Source: an uncultured Chlorobiaceae bacterium (GTDB lineage: Bacteria > Bacteroidota > Ignavibacteria > UBA10030 > SZUA-254). From it: DNA of 64,000 bases. The notes under the pieces were generated by a model that saw only the letters and a program-made list of their open reading frames with translations, did not search any database and had not been told where the DNA came from. The translations under genes and the position numbers were made by a program. Below, piece after piece: positions 36,776 to 47,052 of this stretch. The stretch lies in the NCBI GenBank assembly GCA_964523395.1, contig CAZFXS010000003.1, positions 209,505-273,504 on the forward strand. The letters are read 5' to 3'. How positions within the stretch are numbered: the first letter of the stretch is position 1; each line of letters opens with the position of its first letter.

Positions 36776-37798
36776 CTATCCAACTGTTAGCGGCTGTGCG
36801 TTTCTGATACCGTCAAGAATTTCTTTGCCTCCACTTTCAAACAGAGTTTTTGCCAGATGTTTGCCAAGTTCTTCCGGTGTATCGGCATTTCCTTTTACTT
36901 TTCCCCGGACAATCTTTTTTCCGTCAATACTTCCGATAACGGCATCAAACAATAATTCATTGTTCTCTATCCTTGCATACGCTCCGATAGGAACCTGGCA
37001 CCCGCCTTCCAAAAAACGGAGAAATGCGCGTTCACACGAAGTTGACTTTTCAGCTGCAGTACTGTGAAGTGATTGCAGGAACTTCTCAATTCTTTTGTCC
37101 CCAATCCGTACCTCAATACCGAGAGCACCTTGCCCAACAGCCGGAAGCATACGGTCAACCGGAATCACTTCCGAAATTTTTGATGCCATCTCAAGTCTCA
37201 CGACGCCGGCGCGAGCCAATATCATCCCGTCCCAATCCGATGATTCCAGTTTTGCGAACCGTGTATTAAGATTACCTCTCAGGTCAATGATTTTTAGGTC
37301 AGGGCGCCGGTTCAGCAACTGGCTTCTTCGGCGTAAACTCCCGGTCGCTATCGTTCCGCCTTTTGGGACATCATCAAGGCTTTTAAACGGTTTATTGGGA
37401 TGGCAGATAAACACGTCGCGGACATCTTCTCTTTTGGTAATCGCGCCGATGCGTAAACCTTCAGGGAGAACTGTCGGAAGATCTTTCAAACTATGGACTG
37501 CCAGGTCGATAGAGCCATTAAGGAGCGCGACTTCAATTTCTTTTGTGAATAATCCTTTATCGCCGATGGCAGAGAGGGGAGAGTCAAGAACTGCATCTCC
37601 TGTAGTCTTAATAATTTGAATTTCGACGTCAATTGCCGGAAAGTGTTCCTTAATCTCTCGCTGTACCCAATGTGCCTGCCACAGTGCGAGCTGGCTACCT
37701 CTGCTTCCGATGATGATGTTAGTGTCGTTCTTCACGATGTGTCCGTTTGTCCAATCCGAAAAGATGTCTGAGAAAGAAAACTTTGGTGCGCGTCTCAT
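36776..37798 (-). CDS. hemC: Hydroxymethylbilane synthase (porphobilinogen deaminase).
   Basis: Conserved IIIGSRGSQLALWQAHWV. The ORF-track start overlaps hemA by 80 nt; a GTG at 37735 would give a more typical N-terminus with a 16-nt overlap. Confidence 0.85.
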   Translation of the reverse strand: MRRAPKFSFSDIFSDWTNGHIVKNDTNIIIGSRGSQLALWQAHWVQREIKEHFPAIDVEIQIIKTTGDAVLDSPLSAIGDKGLFTKEIEVALLNGSIDLAVHSLKDLPTVLPEGLRIGAITKREDVRDVFICHPNKPFKSLDDVPKGGTIATGSLRRRSQLLNRRPDLKIIDLRGNLNTRFAKLESSDWDGMILARAGVVRLEMASKISEVIPVDRMLPAVGQGALGIEVRIGDKRIEKFLQSLHSTAAEKSTSCERAFLRFLEGGCQVPIGAYARIENNELLFDAVIGSIDGKKIVRGKVKGNADTPEELGKHLAKTLFESGGKEILDGIRNAQPLTVG

Positions 37799-39044
37799 CT
37801 TCCGGGTGTTCGCCCGTTCCGTTCTTAAGGTTTGTCATCGGCGTATGAAGGATTTTATTGACGATGCGCTTTGTCAGCATGTCAATGGCTTCCTGCTTTT
37901 CTTCGCCGAAATGATGGAGATGCTTGCTGACTTCCTCTCTGCGAATCGCTTCAATCTGTTCCTGCAGCTCTTGTATCGTTGGGCTGACATCGAGCGATTT
38001 ATACCACCGCTCGAATTCATGAACTTCCTCGGCGATAATCGTTTCAACAAGAGGCACCTGACTTTTACGATGGGATAGATTGCCATCGATGATGTGGTTT
38101 AATGCATCAATATCATGCAAAAAGACGTTATCGATGATGTTTACTTTCGGATCAATATTCCTTGGCACGCCGAGGTCTATAATAAAGAGAGGCCTATTCC
38201 CCCGGCTTTTCATAGCCTGGCGGAGTTGCTGTTCAGTCAGTACGAATTGGGTGCTATGCACAGAACAGATGAGGATGTCGATATGCTGTAATTCTGAAGT
38301 CATCTTATCAAAGTCGATGACGGTTCCTCCAAGTTGCTGAGCAAGCGTTTCAGCGTGTTCCCGTGTCCTGTTGCAGAAGATAAACTTGCCAAGATTCCGG
38401 CTTTTTAAATGTTTTGCAGTCAATTTGCCCGTTTCACCGGCACCAATGAGCATCGCGGTCCGTTTGGAGAGGTCTTCAAAGATTTTTGAAGCAAGCTCAG
38501 CGGCCGCGTAGCTGATGGATACAGCTCCTTCACCGATTTCCGTCTCGGTGCGCGCGCGTTTCCCCACATGAAGCGCACTTGTATAGAGCCGGTGTAACAG
38601 AATGCCGGTTGTGTGTTTATCGTGCGCGATGGAAAATGCTTCCTTGATCTGATTGGTAATCTGGACATCTCCCAGCACCATCGAATCAATTCCGGATACA
38701 ACACGGTACAACTGTTGGATTGCCGGAATGCCGGAGAAGGTGTAGAAATTTTTTTCGTCTACAACATCGGAAGAATGTTTTTGTTCAGAAAGCACTTTCC
38801 ATGCGTGAAGCCCGTTCATTTCTGCGGAAGATGGAACGTAGTAGAGTTCTGTCCGGTTGCACGTTGATATCAATGCGCATTCTTTAACGGCGTGTTCTTT
38901 GAGATAGGAAAGGACTTCCGGAACCTCTTCGTTCGAGAACCAGAGTTTTTCCCGGACCTCAATCGGCGCTGTCCGGTGGTTGATGCCGACGCAGATGATA
39001 TTCATACGTTGCTTTGCATTGCTGTTGCTTCGTCCTTCACTCAA
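37719..39044 (-). CDS. hemA: Glutamyl-tRNA reductase.
   Basis: 441 aa. N-terminus ICVGINHRTAPIEVREKL; an NADPH-binding Rossmann motif; a C-terminal dimerisation domain. Confidence 0.9.
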   Translation of the reverse strand: MSEGRSNSNAKQRMNIICVGINHRTAPIEVREKLWFSNEEVPEVLSYLKEHAVKECALISTCNRTELYYVPSSAEMNGLHAWKVLSEQKHSSDVVDEKNFYTFSGIPAIQQLYRVVSGIDSMVLGDVQITNQIKEAFSIAHDKHTTGILLHRLYTSALHVGKRARTETEIGEGAVSISYAAAELASKIFEDLSKRTAMLIGAGETGKLTAKHLKSRNLGKFIFCNRTREHAETLAQQLGGTVIDFDKMTSELQHIDILICSVHSTQFVLTEQQLRQAMKSRGNRPLFIIDLGVPRNIDPKVNIIDNVFLHDIDALNHIIDGNLSHRKSQVPLVETIIAEEVHEFERWYKSLDVSPTIQELQEQIEAIRREEVSKHLHHFGEEKQEAIDMLTKRIVNKILHTPMTNLKNGTGEHPEDETRTKVFFLRHLFGLDKRTHREERH

Positions 39045-39919
39045 TAAAATTTGTGAAAGCCGGTGAAGAACATATTAATAATCGTCATTGAGAACAATGC
39101 GATTGCGAAACCGATGACTGATAACACCATGATTCTTCGTCCTTGCCAGCCGATGATTTTCTTTGCTCCAAGGCCGGCGGCGTACACACACCATATAGCA
39201 AACGTACCGATGAGTTTCGGATCGGCGTACGAGAAATCCGGTATAGCGCTCGGGAGCCAGATCATTCCAATGATAATTGCGATTGTCAGAAGGATAAAAC
39301 CTGATATCGTTGCGGTGTAACTCATGCGCTCGAGTACTTCGAGATTTGGGAGGCGTTTATAGATTACACTGAACTGACTCGACTTGATATCATGATACAA
39401 CATCAGATATAATAATCCGTACACGGCGGAGATTGTAATCGCAGCGTACCCAAACAATGCGCTGAAGACATGAAACCCGAGTAAATTGCTTCGAAGGATT
39501 GGCGGTATTTCGTTCAGTTCTTTAATGAAAATTGATGAAATCAATTGAAAAAAGAAGGGAAGTATCAGTATAAAATATCCCGTTGCATTGTTTTTTGTGG
39601 TGAATTCTATGTATGCATAGATCAGCGCAACAGTCAAAGCAATGAGAGAAAGAATTTCGAAAATAGACGTAATCGGTGGATGGGAATACTCGATTGTTCG
39701 TAATGTACAATACGCGATATGGACTGCGATAGTAATGAGCAGGAATGGCGTTTTCAGAACCTCGGCCTGCTTTACACTGCTGAAGAAGGCACGCGCATAT
39801 GTCCAAATTGTTATAAAATAGAGGAACGGAAGAAGAAACTGGAGTGCGAAAGTGTATATGTTTATCATGTTATTATCAATTTCTTTATCGAAGATAAGCA
39901 AATGGGATGCCATTTTCAA
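39041..39919 (-). CDS. Polytopic membrane protein, HemX / CcsA-like (cytochrome c assembly family), first gene of the heme operon.
   Basis: 292 aa with about 8 TM helices. It lies immediately upstream of hemA with a 4-nt overlap, the same position as B. subtilis hemX. Confidence 0.45.
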   Translation of the reverse strand: MKMASHLLIFDKEIDNNMINIYTFALQFLLPFLYFITIWTYARAFFSSVKQAEVLKTPFLLITIAVHIAYCTLRTIEYSHPPITSIFEILSLIALTVALIYAYIEFTTKNNATGYFILILPFFFQLISSIFIKELNEIPPILRSNLLGFHVFSALFGYAAITISAVYGLLYLMLYHDIKSSQFSVIYKRLPNLEVLERMSYTATISGFILLTIAIIIGMIWLPSAIPDFSYADPKLIGTFAIWCVYAAGLGAKKIIGWQGRRIMVLSVIGFAIALFSMTIINMFFTGFHKFY

Positions 39920-40048
39920 TTGTGGAAGAATTCCCGAATAAATACTCTCAAATGCGAGAATTTATTGCAACTGCTCTATGGCTTTACTATATTGAAACGC
40001 ATTTGCACAAAATTTTATCAATCATGATAAACTCTTTTAGGAGTCCTG

Positions 40049-41437
40049 ATGAAGCAGGTTCTTAACTATATTGACAATAATAAAGACAGATATTTAAGCG
40101 AATTAAAACACCTGATTGCAATTCCCAGTATCAGTACAAACCCCGAGAATAAAGGGGATGTACTTCGTTGTGCCGAATGGGTCAAAGGTCATCTACAAAG
40201 TATCGGAATGAACAATGCACAAATTTTCCCGACTGAAGGCCACCCTGTTGTCTATGCGGAATGGCTTGGTGCAGAGGGAAAACCTACGATTCTCCTCTAT
40301 GGTCATTATGATGTTCAGCCGGTTGACCCGCTAAATCTCTGGACATCCCCGCCATTCGAGGCAACTATACGAAATGGCAATCTGTATGCCCGTGGGTCTG
40401 CAGACGATAAAGGGCAGGTATTTATCCATCTGAAAAGCATCGAAGCATTTATGAAAAATGTCGGCAGTCTGCCGATAAACATCAAAATGCTGATTGAAGG
40501 CGAAGAAGAAATCGGGAGTGAGCATCTTTCGCCGTTTGTCAGCTCACATAAAGAGCTGCTAAAGGCTGATCTCGTGCTGATTTCGGATACATCGATGTTC
40601 GCGCGCGGTGTGCCGTCGGTGTGCTACGGATTACGCGGGCTTTCGTATATGCAGATTGATCTTGTCGGCCCGAATAAGGATTTGCATTCCGGTTCGTACG
40701 GCGGTTCTGTACATAATCCTATTCAGGCACTTGCGGAAATCATTGCCCAGCTTCATGATGAGAACGGAAGAATTACCATTCCCAGCTTTTATAAGGATGT
40801 CAGAAAGCTTTCAAAAAAAGAGCGTGATGCGTACAAAAAACTTCCCTGGAACGATAAGAACTATGCAAAGGAACTTGGCGTGAAGTCGCTGTACGGAGAA
40901 AAGGGATTCTCGACACTCGAACGTCTCTGGGCGCGTCCCACTCTTGAATGCAATGGCATTTGGGGCGGGTTCACAGGAGAAGGAGCAAAGACAGTTCTTC
41001 CTTCAAAGGCATCCGCAAAAATTTCCATGCGGCTTGTTCCCGACCAGAAAGCAGATAAGATTGCGGCGTTGTTTCAGAAGCATATAAACAAAATCGCTCC
41101 CAAATCAGTCTCTGTAACAGTACGCTATTTACATGGCGGCGAAGCTGCGATTACGCCGATTGAAAGTCCCGGAGTTCAGGCCGCCGTGGCGGCTCTTGAG
41201 AAGGGATTTGGTAAAAAACCGCTCTACCAAAGAGAGGGCGGTTCGATTCCCATTGTCATTCAGTTCAAGCAGATTCTCGGACTTGATACTGTTCTTTTGG
41301 GATTCGGGCTTCCTGATGAAAACGCTCATGCGCCCGACGAATTCCTGAATCTTGATAATTTTTATGGTGGAATCAGGACAGCTGCTCATTTTTATAATGA
41401 GCTTCCGAATTATATGAAAGCAGGGAAAAAGAAATGA
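40049..41437 (+). CDS. M20-family metallopeptidase (dipeptidase-like).
   Basis: 462 aa with M20 motifs: HYDVQPVDPLNLWTSPPF and NLYARGSADDKGQ. Confidence 0.8.
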   Translation: MKQVLNYIDNNKDRYLSELKHLIAIPSISTNPENKGDVLRCAEWVKGHLQSIGMNNAQIFPTEGHPVVYAEWLGAEGKPTILLYGHYDVQPVDPLNLWTSPPFEATIRNGNLYARGSADDKGQVFIHLKSIEAFMKNVGSLPINIKMLIEGEEEIGSEHLSPFVSSHKELLKADLVLISDTSMFARGVPSVCYGLRGLSYMQIDLVGPNKDLHSGSYGGSVHNPIQALAEIIAQLHDENGRITIPSFYKDVRKLSKKERDAYKKLPWNDKNYAKELGVKSLYGEKGFSTLERLWARPTLECNGIWGGFTGEGAKTVLPSKASAKISMRLVPDQKADKIAALFQKHINKIAPKSVSVTVRYLHGGEAAITPIESPGVQAAVAALEKGFGKKPLYQREGGSIPIVIQFKQILGLDTVLLGFGLPDENAHAPDEFLNLDNFYGGIRTAAHFYNELPNYMKAGKKK

Positions 41438-41455
41438 ATTTCCTGAAATCATCCT

Positions 41456-42454
41456 ATGAAAGGATTTGTAAGCTATAGTTCAACCCGTACTGCTTCTCTT
41501 CGTGTCTGCATTATTGTAAGCGTTTTAATTCTTGGTGTTGGTGGATGCAGGAAAAGTAGTATCATTCAACCGGAGAACGGCAAAGGCTGGATTGTAAGAT
41601 CATGGCAGCAAAACGGCAAACATCTCCATTCGGTTGCTTTTTCTGATAATCGGCGCGGCGTTACAGTTGGTTGGTATGGAAGTATCTTAAGAACAACAGA
41701 TGCCGGTAATACGTGGGTAGAACTGTCGGGTGGCGGCACAGCCAGGTTGTGGAGTGTAGCATTCTTCGATTCTGGCTATGGTATGATTGTTGGAGAAGCA
41801 GGAACAGTTTTGGTATCTGATAATGACGGTGCTACCTGGTCTCCGGGTAATTCAGGAATTCTCACCACACTAATGGATGTTGACCTGGTGAATCAACAGA
41901 CCGCTTATGCCGTAGGAGATAATGCAACGATAATGAAAACAATAAATGGTGGGAAAAGCTGGTCTGTTCAATCGGTTGCACTAACGAATTACCTGCGTAG
42001 TGTCGCCTTCATCAATGATTCTGTAGGAGTCGCAGTTGGAGGGAATGGGACAATCGTGCGGACCACGAATGGCGGTGCCACGTGGACACGGCAGCAGCTT
42101 GGATTTACAGGTGATTTGACCGGAGTTGCTTTTACAGATTCCATACATGGAATTGCTGTCGGTGAAAGAGGGAAAATGTTTTATACACCGGATGGAGGAA
42201 GTTCCTGGGTTGAGAGAGCGACCGGATTTCCTAATGCTTTGCTTGATGTTCAATTCTCCGATTTTCTTAATGGCACAGTAGTCGGGGAAGTAGGAATGAT
42301 ACTTAAGACTATTGATGGCGGTGAGACATGGTCAAAGCAAAAAAATGACACTCCGGTCGACCTTTTTTCTGTCTTCTTTGTTGACCAGAATACAGGTGTT
42401 GCTGTAGGCGATAACTTACTTATATTGCTGACGGAGAATGGCGGATGGCAATGA
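41456..42454 (+). CDS. BNR/Asp-box beta-propeller protein (Ycf48-like), probably a lipoprotein.
   Basis: 332 aa. Six or more repeats of the form S/T-x-D/N-G-G-x-T/S-W (TTDAGNTW, SDNDGATW, TINGGKSW, TTNGGATW, TPDGGSSW, TIDGGETW). Lipobox LGVGGC. Confidence 0.65.
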   Translation: MKGFVSYSSTRTASLRVCIIVSVLILGVGGCRKSSIIQPENGKGWIVRSWQQNGKHLHSVAFSDNRRGVTVGWYGSILRTTDAGNTWVELSGGGTARLWSVAFFDSGYGMIVGEAGTVLVSDNDGATWSPGNSGILTTLMDVDLVNQQTAYAVGDNATIMKTINGGKSWSVQSVALTNYLRSVAFINDSVGVAVGGNGTIVRTTNGGATWTRQQLGFTGDLTGVAFTDSIHGIAVGERGKMFYTPDGGSSWVERATGFPNALLDVQFSDFLNGTVVGEVGMILKTIDGGETWSKQKNDTPVDLFSVFFVDQNTGVAVGDNLLILLTENGGWQ

Positions 42455-42996
42455 AAATCTATACAGAAACCGGAGATAAAGGGAAGACATCGTTATTCGG
42501 AGGGGCCAGAGTTTCAAAAGACGATAAACGCATCGAGGCTTATGGAACTGTTGATGAGCTCAACAGTATTATCGGCGTATGCCGGTCTATCAGCATGGTA
42601 CGTGAGATTGACCATATCCTTCATCAGATTCAGAATGATCTTTTTATTCTTGGAGCCGATCTTGCCACTCCTCTGACAAAAAAATCTTCCAAAATCCGGC
42701 GAATATTACCAGCGGATATCAAAAGATTGGAAAAGCATATTGACACCATCGATCCTCTTCTCACACCGTTGAAGAAATTTATTCTTCCCGGAGGAAACCG
42801 GTCCGCGTCTATGCTTCATTTTTCAAGAACTGTATGCCGCAGGGCGGAACGCCTTGTTGTTCATCTTTCTCACACCGAGAATATCGGTTCATCTCCCGTT
42901 ATTTACCTCAACAGACTTTCCGACCTGTTATTCGTTCTTGCACGGAGGGTAAATGCGCTGAGTAATACAACGGAAACCAAGTGGAACCCAAAGTAG
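42445..42996 (+). CDS. ATP:cob(I)alamin adenosyltransferase, PduO type.
   Basis: 183 aa. The N-terminus MKIYTETGDKGKTSLFGGARVSKDDKRIEAYGTVDELNS is the canonical PduO/MMAB signature. Confidence 0.85.
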   Translation: MAMKIYTETGDKGKTSLFGGARVSKDDKRIEAYGTVDELNSIIGVCRSISMVREIDHILHQIQNDLFILGADLATPLTKKSSKIRRILPADIKRLEKHIDTIDPLLTPLKKFILPGGNRSASMLHFSRTVCRRAERLVVHLSHTENIGSSPVIYLNRLSDLLFVLARRVNALSNTTETKWNPK

Positions 42997-43386
42997 CTTT
43001 TTTGTGAAAAAAGGGGATGATTTAGGAAACTCCTTCATATAAAAATCCGCACGAACTGGCAGGCTCAAAATAAAATGAGCAACTAGTGAGTGTGGCATTC
43101 TAACTTGGGAGGCGAAGTCAGAAACCGTGGGTCTCAAAAGTTGCTCGTACAAAGATACAACACTCCTATAAAAAAGTCAAGAAATTTTTTTGAGGCGAAA
43201 ACTTCTCCGACATTTTTTTCCTATTTTCTTTCACCTTCGATGTCCGCTAAAGTCGACATCCAATTCGTGGTGAAAAATCATTCGCAGTTGTTTTGACTTT
43301 CAAAAAAAATCTTTCTATATTCTGTCGCAAATTTTATCCATCTTCAGCCTTTTTGCAGCCATCAGATAACGATCATTCCATAATCG

Positions 43387-43818
43387 ATGATTACAGAATT
43401 CGGGCGAGTTTTCATTTTCTTTATTATAGGCGCAGTCTTTGTCGCCATAGGTTTGATTGCCGCATGGTTTATCCGTCCGAGCAGAGCATATCCCAGCAAA
43501 CTGACAACATATGAGTGCGGCGAGGAGCCGGTAGGTAACTCGTGGGTGAAGTTTAATATCCGTTTTTATGTTGTCGCGCTGATTTTCCTCATTTTTGAAG
43601 TTGAAACAGTCTTTCTTTTTCCCTGGGCTTTAGTATACCAGAAACTTGGTGTATTTGCATTTGCAGAAATGCTGATATTTCTTGTTATCCTGTTCGTCGG
43701 GTATGCTTATGTATGGGTGAAAGGTGATTTGGATTGGGACAGGCCCGAGCCTTTCATTCCCGTGGTAAAAAGCCCTACGCAGTCTAAACAACTTACAACC
43801 GAAGAAGCGACAGTATAG
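43387..43818 (+). CDS. nuoA: NADH-quinone oxidoreductase subunit A.
   Basis: 143 aa with 3 TM helices; the conserved YECGEEP...FEVE motif is present. Confidence 0.85.
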   Translation: MITEFGRVFIFFIIGAVFVAIGLIAAWFIRPSRAYPSKLTTYECGEEPVGNSWVKFNIRFYVVALIFLIFEVETVFLFPWALVYQKLGVFAFAEMLIFLVILFVGYAYVWVKGDLDWDRPEPFIPVVKSPTQSKQLTTEEATV

Positions 43819-43825
43819 AGATCAT

Positions 43826-44317
43826 ATGGGACTTCTCGATAAACAGTTTAACAATAGTAACGTGATCATCACCTCTGTCGATGGTCTTCTTAATTGGGCG
43901 CGGCTTTCATCCCTCTGGCAGATGCAGTTTGGTCTGGCATGTTGCGCGATTGAAATGATGGCGGCCGCTGCATCGCATTACGATTTTGACCGCTTCGGTG
44001 TTATTCCCCGCGCTACGCCTCGCCAATCCGATGTTATGATTGTTGCCGGAACAGTAACGCTGAAAATGGCAAGCCGCGTGAAGCGGCTCTATGACCAGAT
44101 GTCGGAACCGCGATATGTCATCTCGATGGGAAGCTGTTCCAATTGCGGCGGCCCCTATTGGGAACATGGTTATCATGTGCTCAAAGGCGTTGACCGCGTG
44201 ATCCCTGTTGATGTGTATGTGCCGGGATGTCCTCCGCGCCCTGAAGCGTTGATGGAAGGCCTGATCAAGCTTCAGGAAAAAATCCGCAACGAAAGTCTCG
44301 TCAAAAAAACTGCCTGA
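43826..44317 (+). CDS. nuoB: NADH-quinone oxidoreductase subunit B (N2 Fe-S cluster).
   Basis: Conserved [23 protein letters not shown] and [10 protein letters not shown]...VPGCPPRPE cysteines. Confidence 0.9.
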   Translation: MGLLDKQFNNSNVIITSVDGLLNWARLSSLWQMQFGLACCAIEMMAAAASHYDFDRFGVIPRATPRQSDVMIVAGTVTLKMASRVKRLYDQMSEPRYVISMGSCSNCGGPYWEHGYHVLKGVDRVIPVDVYVPGCPPRPEALMEGLIKLQEKIRNESLVKKTA

Positions 44318-44318
44318 T

Positions 44319-44798
44319 ATGACCGCACAGGAAATTTTCAACAAGTTAAAGACAACATTCGGTGACGCAATCCTTGAGGTGAAAACGGAAGGAGTGCTTG
44401 ATCCGTTTATTAAGGTTGCGCCTGAAAAGATTGCCGATGTTGCCGTGGCCCTCCGCACCGACGGTGAGCTCGAGTTCGATTTTCTGATGTGTTTGAGCGG
44501 AATGGATAACGGAAAGGGAATTCTTGGCGTCGTCTATCATCTCGATTCCATGACGAAGCGTCATAAGATTGTTATTAAAGTTGATGTCCCGAAAGACAAA
44601 GCAGTTGTTCCTACCGTTTCCACTATCTGGCCATCAGCAGACTGGCATGAACGCGAAGCGTATGATATGGTAGGCATAACATTTGCGGGCCACCCGGATC
44701 ATCGCAGGATTTTATTGCCGGAGGATTATCCCGGCCATCCGCTTCAAAAAGATTTTAAAGTTCCTGAATTTTATCAGGGCATGAAAGTTCCCTATTAA
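44319..44798 (+). CDS. nuoC: NADH-quinone oxidoreductase subunit C (30 kDa).
   Basis: 159 aa. The conserved C-terminal block [19 protein letters not shown]...LLPEDY is typical of NuoC. Confidence 0.85.
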   Translation: MTAQEIFNKLKTTFGDAILEVKTEGVLDPFIKVAPEKIADVAVALRTDGELEFDFLMCLSGMDNGKGILGVVYHLDSMTKRHKIVIKVDVPKDKAVVPTVSTIWPSADWHEREAYDMVGITFAGHPDHRRILLPEDYPGHPLQKDFKVPEFYQGMKVPY

Positions 44799-45958
44799 TG
44801 TCTGAAATTCTCACAGAACCGTTGCGTACATCCACGGGACGGGCAGTCCGCTCCCAGGAGATGATCATCAACATGGGTCCGCAGCACCCATCGACGCATG
44901 GTGTTCTCCGTCTCGAACTGGTTGTTGACGGCGAAATTGTCGTTGATGTTATTCCGCATATCGGTTACCTCCATCGTTGCTTCGAAAAACACTGTGAAGC
45001 GATGACCAATTATCAGCAGGTGATTCCGTACTGCGACAGGATGGATTATCTGGCCTCCATGAATATGGATTGGGCGTATGCACTCGCAGTGGAAAAGATG
45101 CTTGCCATAAAAGTTCCTGACCGCGTCGAATATATCCGCGTGATTATGGCAGAACTGCAGCGTATTGCTTCCCATCTTATTGCGCTTGGAACGTACGGCC
45201 TCGATGTGGGCGCGTTTACACCGTTTCTTTTCATGTTCCGTGACCGTGAGCGTATTCTCGACTTATTCGAAATGACCTGTGGTGCTCGCCTTCTCTACAA
45301 TTATATCTGGATTGGCGGAGTCTCCCATGACCTGCCGCCCGGATTTATTGAAAAAGCCAAGGCATTCTGCAAATACTTCCGCCCGAATATCAAAGAGTTT
45401 AACGATCTTCTTACCTACAACGAAATTTTTATCAAGCGAACAGCAAATGTCGGAATCCTTCCGAAAGACGTTGCTATAGCGTATGGCTGTTCCGGTCCGA
45501 TGCTGAGAGGATCAGGTGTAAAGTTTGATCTCCGCAAGGATGACCCGTATTCTATTTACGATAAGTTTCAGTTTGATATCCCCGTCGGTAAAGGGGAAGT
45601 AGGAACAGTCGGTGATTGCTGGGATCGCTATATGGTGCGCATGAGGGAGATGGAGCAGAGCCTGAACATTATTGAGCAAGCGCTCGATCAGATTCCGGAA
45701 GGCGATGTCGCGTCGGCCATTCCCAAACGTATCCGTCCCAACGCAGGTGATATTTATGTGCGTTCAGAATCGCCGCGCGGTGAAATCGGTTTCTATGTTG
45801 TATCCGATGGTACCACCACACCATACCGCATCAAAGCGCGTTCACCCGCGTTTGTGAATCTGAGCGTCTGCCCCGAAATTTGCAAAGGATATATGATTGC
45901 CGATCTGGTTGCTATTGTCGGAAGTGTGGATATCGTCCTTGGCGAGGTGGACAGATAA
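44798..45958 (+). CDS. nuoD: NADH-quinone oxidoreductase subunit D (49 kDa).
   Basis: 386 aa with conserved [15 protein letters not shown] and the C-terminal RIKARSPAF...L block. It is a separate gene, not fused to nuoC. Confidence 0.9.
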   Translation: MSEILTEPLRTSTGRAVRSQEMIINMGPQHPSTHGVLRLELVVDGEIVVDVIPHIGYLHRCFEKHCEAMTNYQQVIPYCDRMDYLASMNMDWAYALAVEKMLAIKVPDRVEYIRVIMAELQRIASHLIALGTYGLDVGAFTPFLFMFRDRERILDLFEMTCGARLLYNYIWIGGVSHDLPPGFIEKAKAFCKYFRPNIKEFNDLLTYNEIFIKRTANVGILPKDVAIAYGCSGPMLRGSGVKFDLRKDDPYSIYDKFQFDIPVGKGEVGTVGDCWDRYMVRMREMEQSLNIIEQALDQIPEGDVASAIPKRIRPNAGDIYVRSESPRGEIGFYVVSDGTTTPYRIKARSPAFVNLSVCPEICKGYMIADLVAIVGSVDIVLGEVDR

Positions 45959-47037
45959 TGGAACAATTTCTTACATCACTTTTGACAGCTTGCGGGCTAC
46001 AGGATATTGTCGATGTTACTATCGTGAGCTATGTAATCATGGCAATGATCCCGCTGTTCGTGTGGGTATTGCCATATGCTCTTTTCGCGGTGTGGCTTGA
46101 AAGAAAAGTTTCCGCGCATATGCAAGACCGTCTTGGCCCGATGCGGGTCGGCGGCTGGCATGGCTGGGCGCAAACCATAGCGGATATTTTAAAGCTTATT
46201 CAAAAGGAAGATATTGTCCCAATCGCAGCTGATAAGAAACTCCATTTCCTGGCGCCCTTTGTCGTCTTTATCGGATCGTATGCGGCATTTGCGGCTATTC
46301 CGTTCAGCAGTGAATTTATCGGCAGTAACATCAGCATCGGCCTCTTCTATATTATTGCTGTCTCTTCTCTGGTAGTAGTCGGTATCCTGATGGCAGGATG
46401 GTCTTCAAACAACAAGTGGTCGCTGTTCGGTGCAATGCGTTCTGCAGCACAGATTGTGAGCTATGAAATTCCCACTGCCTTGGCATTGCTCGTCGGTGTT
46501 ATGCTTGTCGGTTCATTGAATCTTCAGGAGATTACAAAGTTTCAGGATGGCGGCATTCAAAACTGGATTTTGTTCGGCGGGCCGTTCTCGTTTCCGGGAA
46601 AAATTCTCCTCATACCGTTTACCCTGGTCGCGTTTGTGATTTTGTTTGTTGCTTCCCTGGCAGAAACGAACCGGACGCCGTTCGATATTCCCGAAGCGGA
46701 ATCGGAACTGGTTGCCGGTTATCATACCGAGTACAGCGGAATGAAATTCGCTCTCTTTTTCCTTGCGGAATATGCCAATATGTTTGCCGTTTCCGCGATA
46801 GCTTCAGTCATGTTTCTCGGCGGGTGGAGCAGTCCGTTCGGCGATTTCATGAATGGTCCGATCTGGGGCGTCTTCTGGTTCCTCTCCAAAGGCATGTTCT
46901 TTGTGTTTGTCCAGATGTGGCTGCGCTGGACATTACCGCGGTTGCGTGTCGACCAGTTAATGTATGTTTCCTGGAAAGTGTTGACGCCGTGGGCGTTTGC
47001 CTGCGTTATCGGCGTCGGTTTCTGGATGATGATGTAA
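45958..47037 (+). CDS. nuoH: NADH-quinone oxidoreductase subunit H.
   Basis: Start re-set to ATG 45958 (MEQFLTSLL..), overlapping the nuoD TAA. 8 TM helices. Conserved [34 protein letters not shown]. Confidence 0.9.
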   Translation: MEQFLTSLLTACGLQDIVDVTIVSYVIMAMIPLFVWVLPYALFAVWLERKVSAHMQDRLGPMRVGGWHGWAQTIADILKLIQKEDIVPIAADKKLHFLAPFVVFIGSYAAFAAIPFSSEFIGSNISIGLFYIIAVSSLVVVGILMAGWSSNNKWSLFGAMRSAAQIVSYEIPTALALLVGVMLVGSLNLQEITKFQDGGIQNWILFGGPFSFPGKILLIPFTLVAFVILFVASLAETNRTPFDIPEAESELVAGYHTEYSGMKFALFFLAEYANMFAVSAIASVMFLGGWSSPFGDFMNGPIWGVFWFLSKGMFFVFVQMWLRWTLPRLRVDQLMYVSWKVLTPWAFACVIGVGFWMMM

Positions 47038-47052
47038 TGATAAAGAAATGAA

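Noticed and set aside
45880-45957. ORF-track start 45880 for nuoH
   Set aside because: It overlaps nuoD by 78 nt in another frame. ATG 45958 overlapping the nuoD stop (TAATG) gives the canonical NuoH N-terminus.
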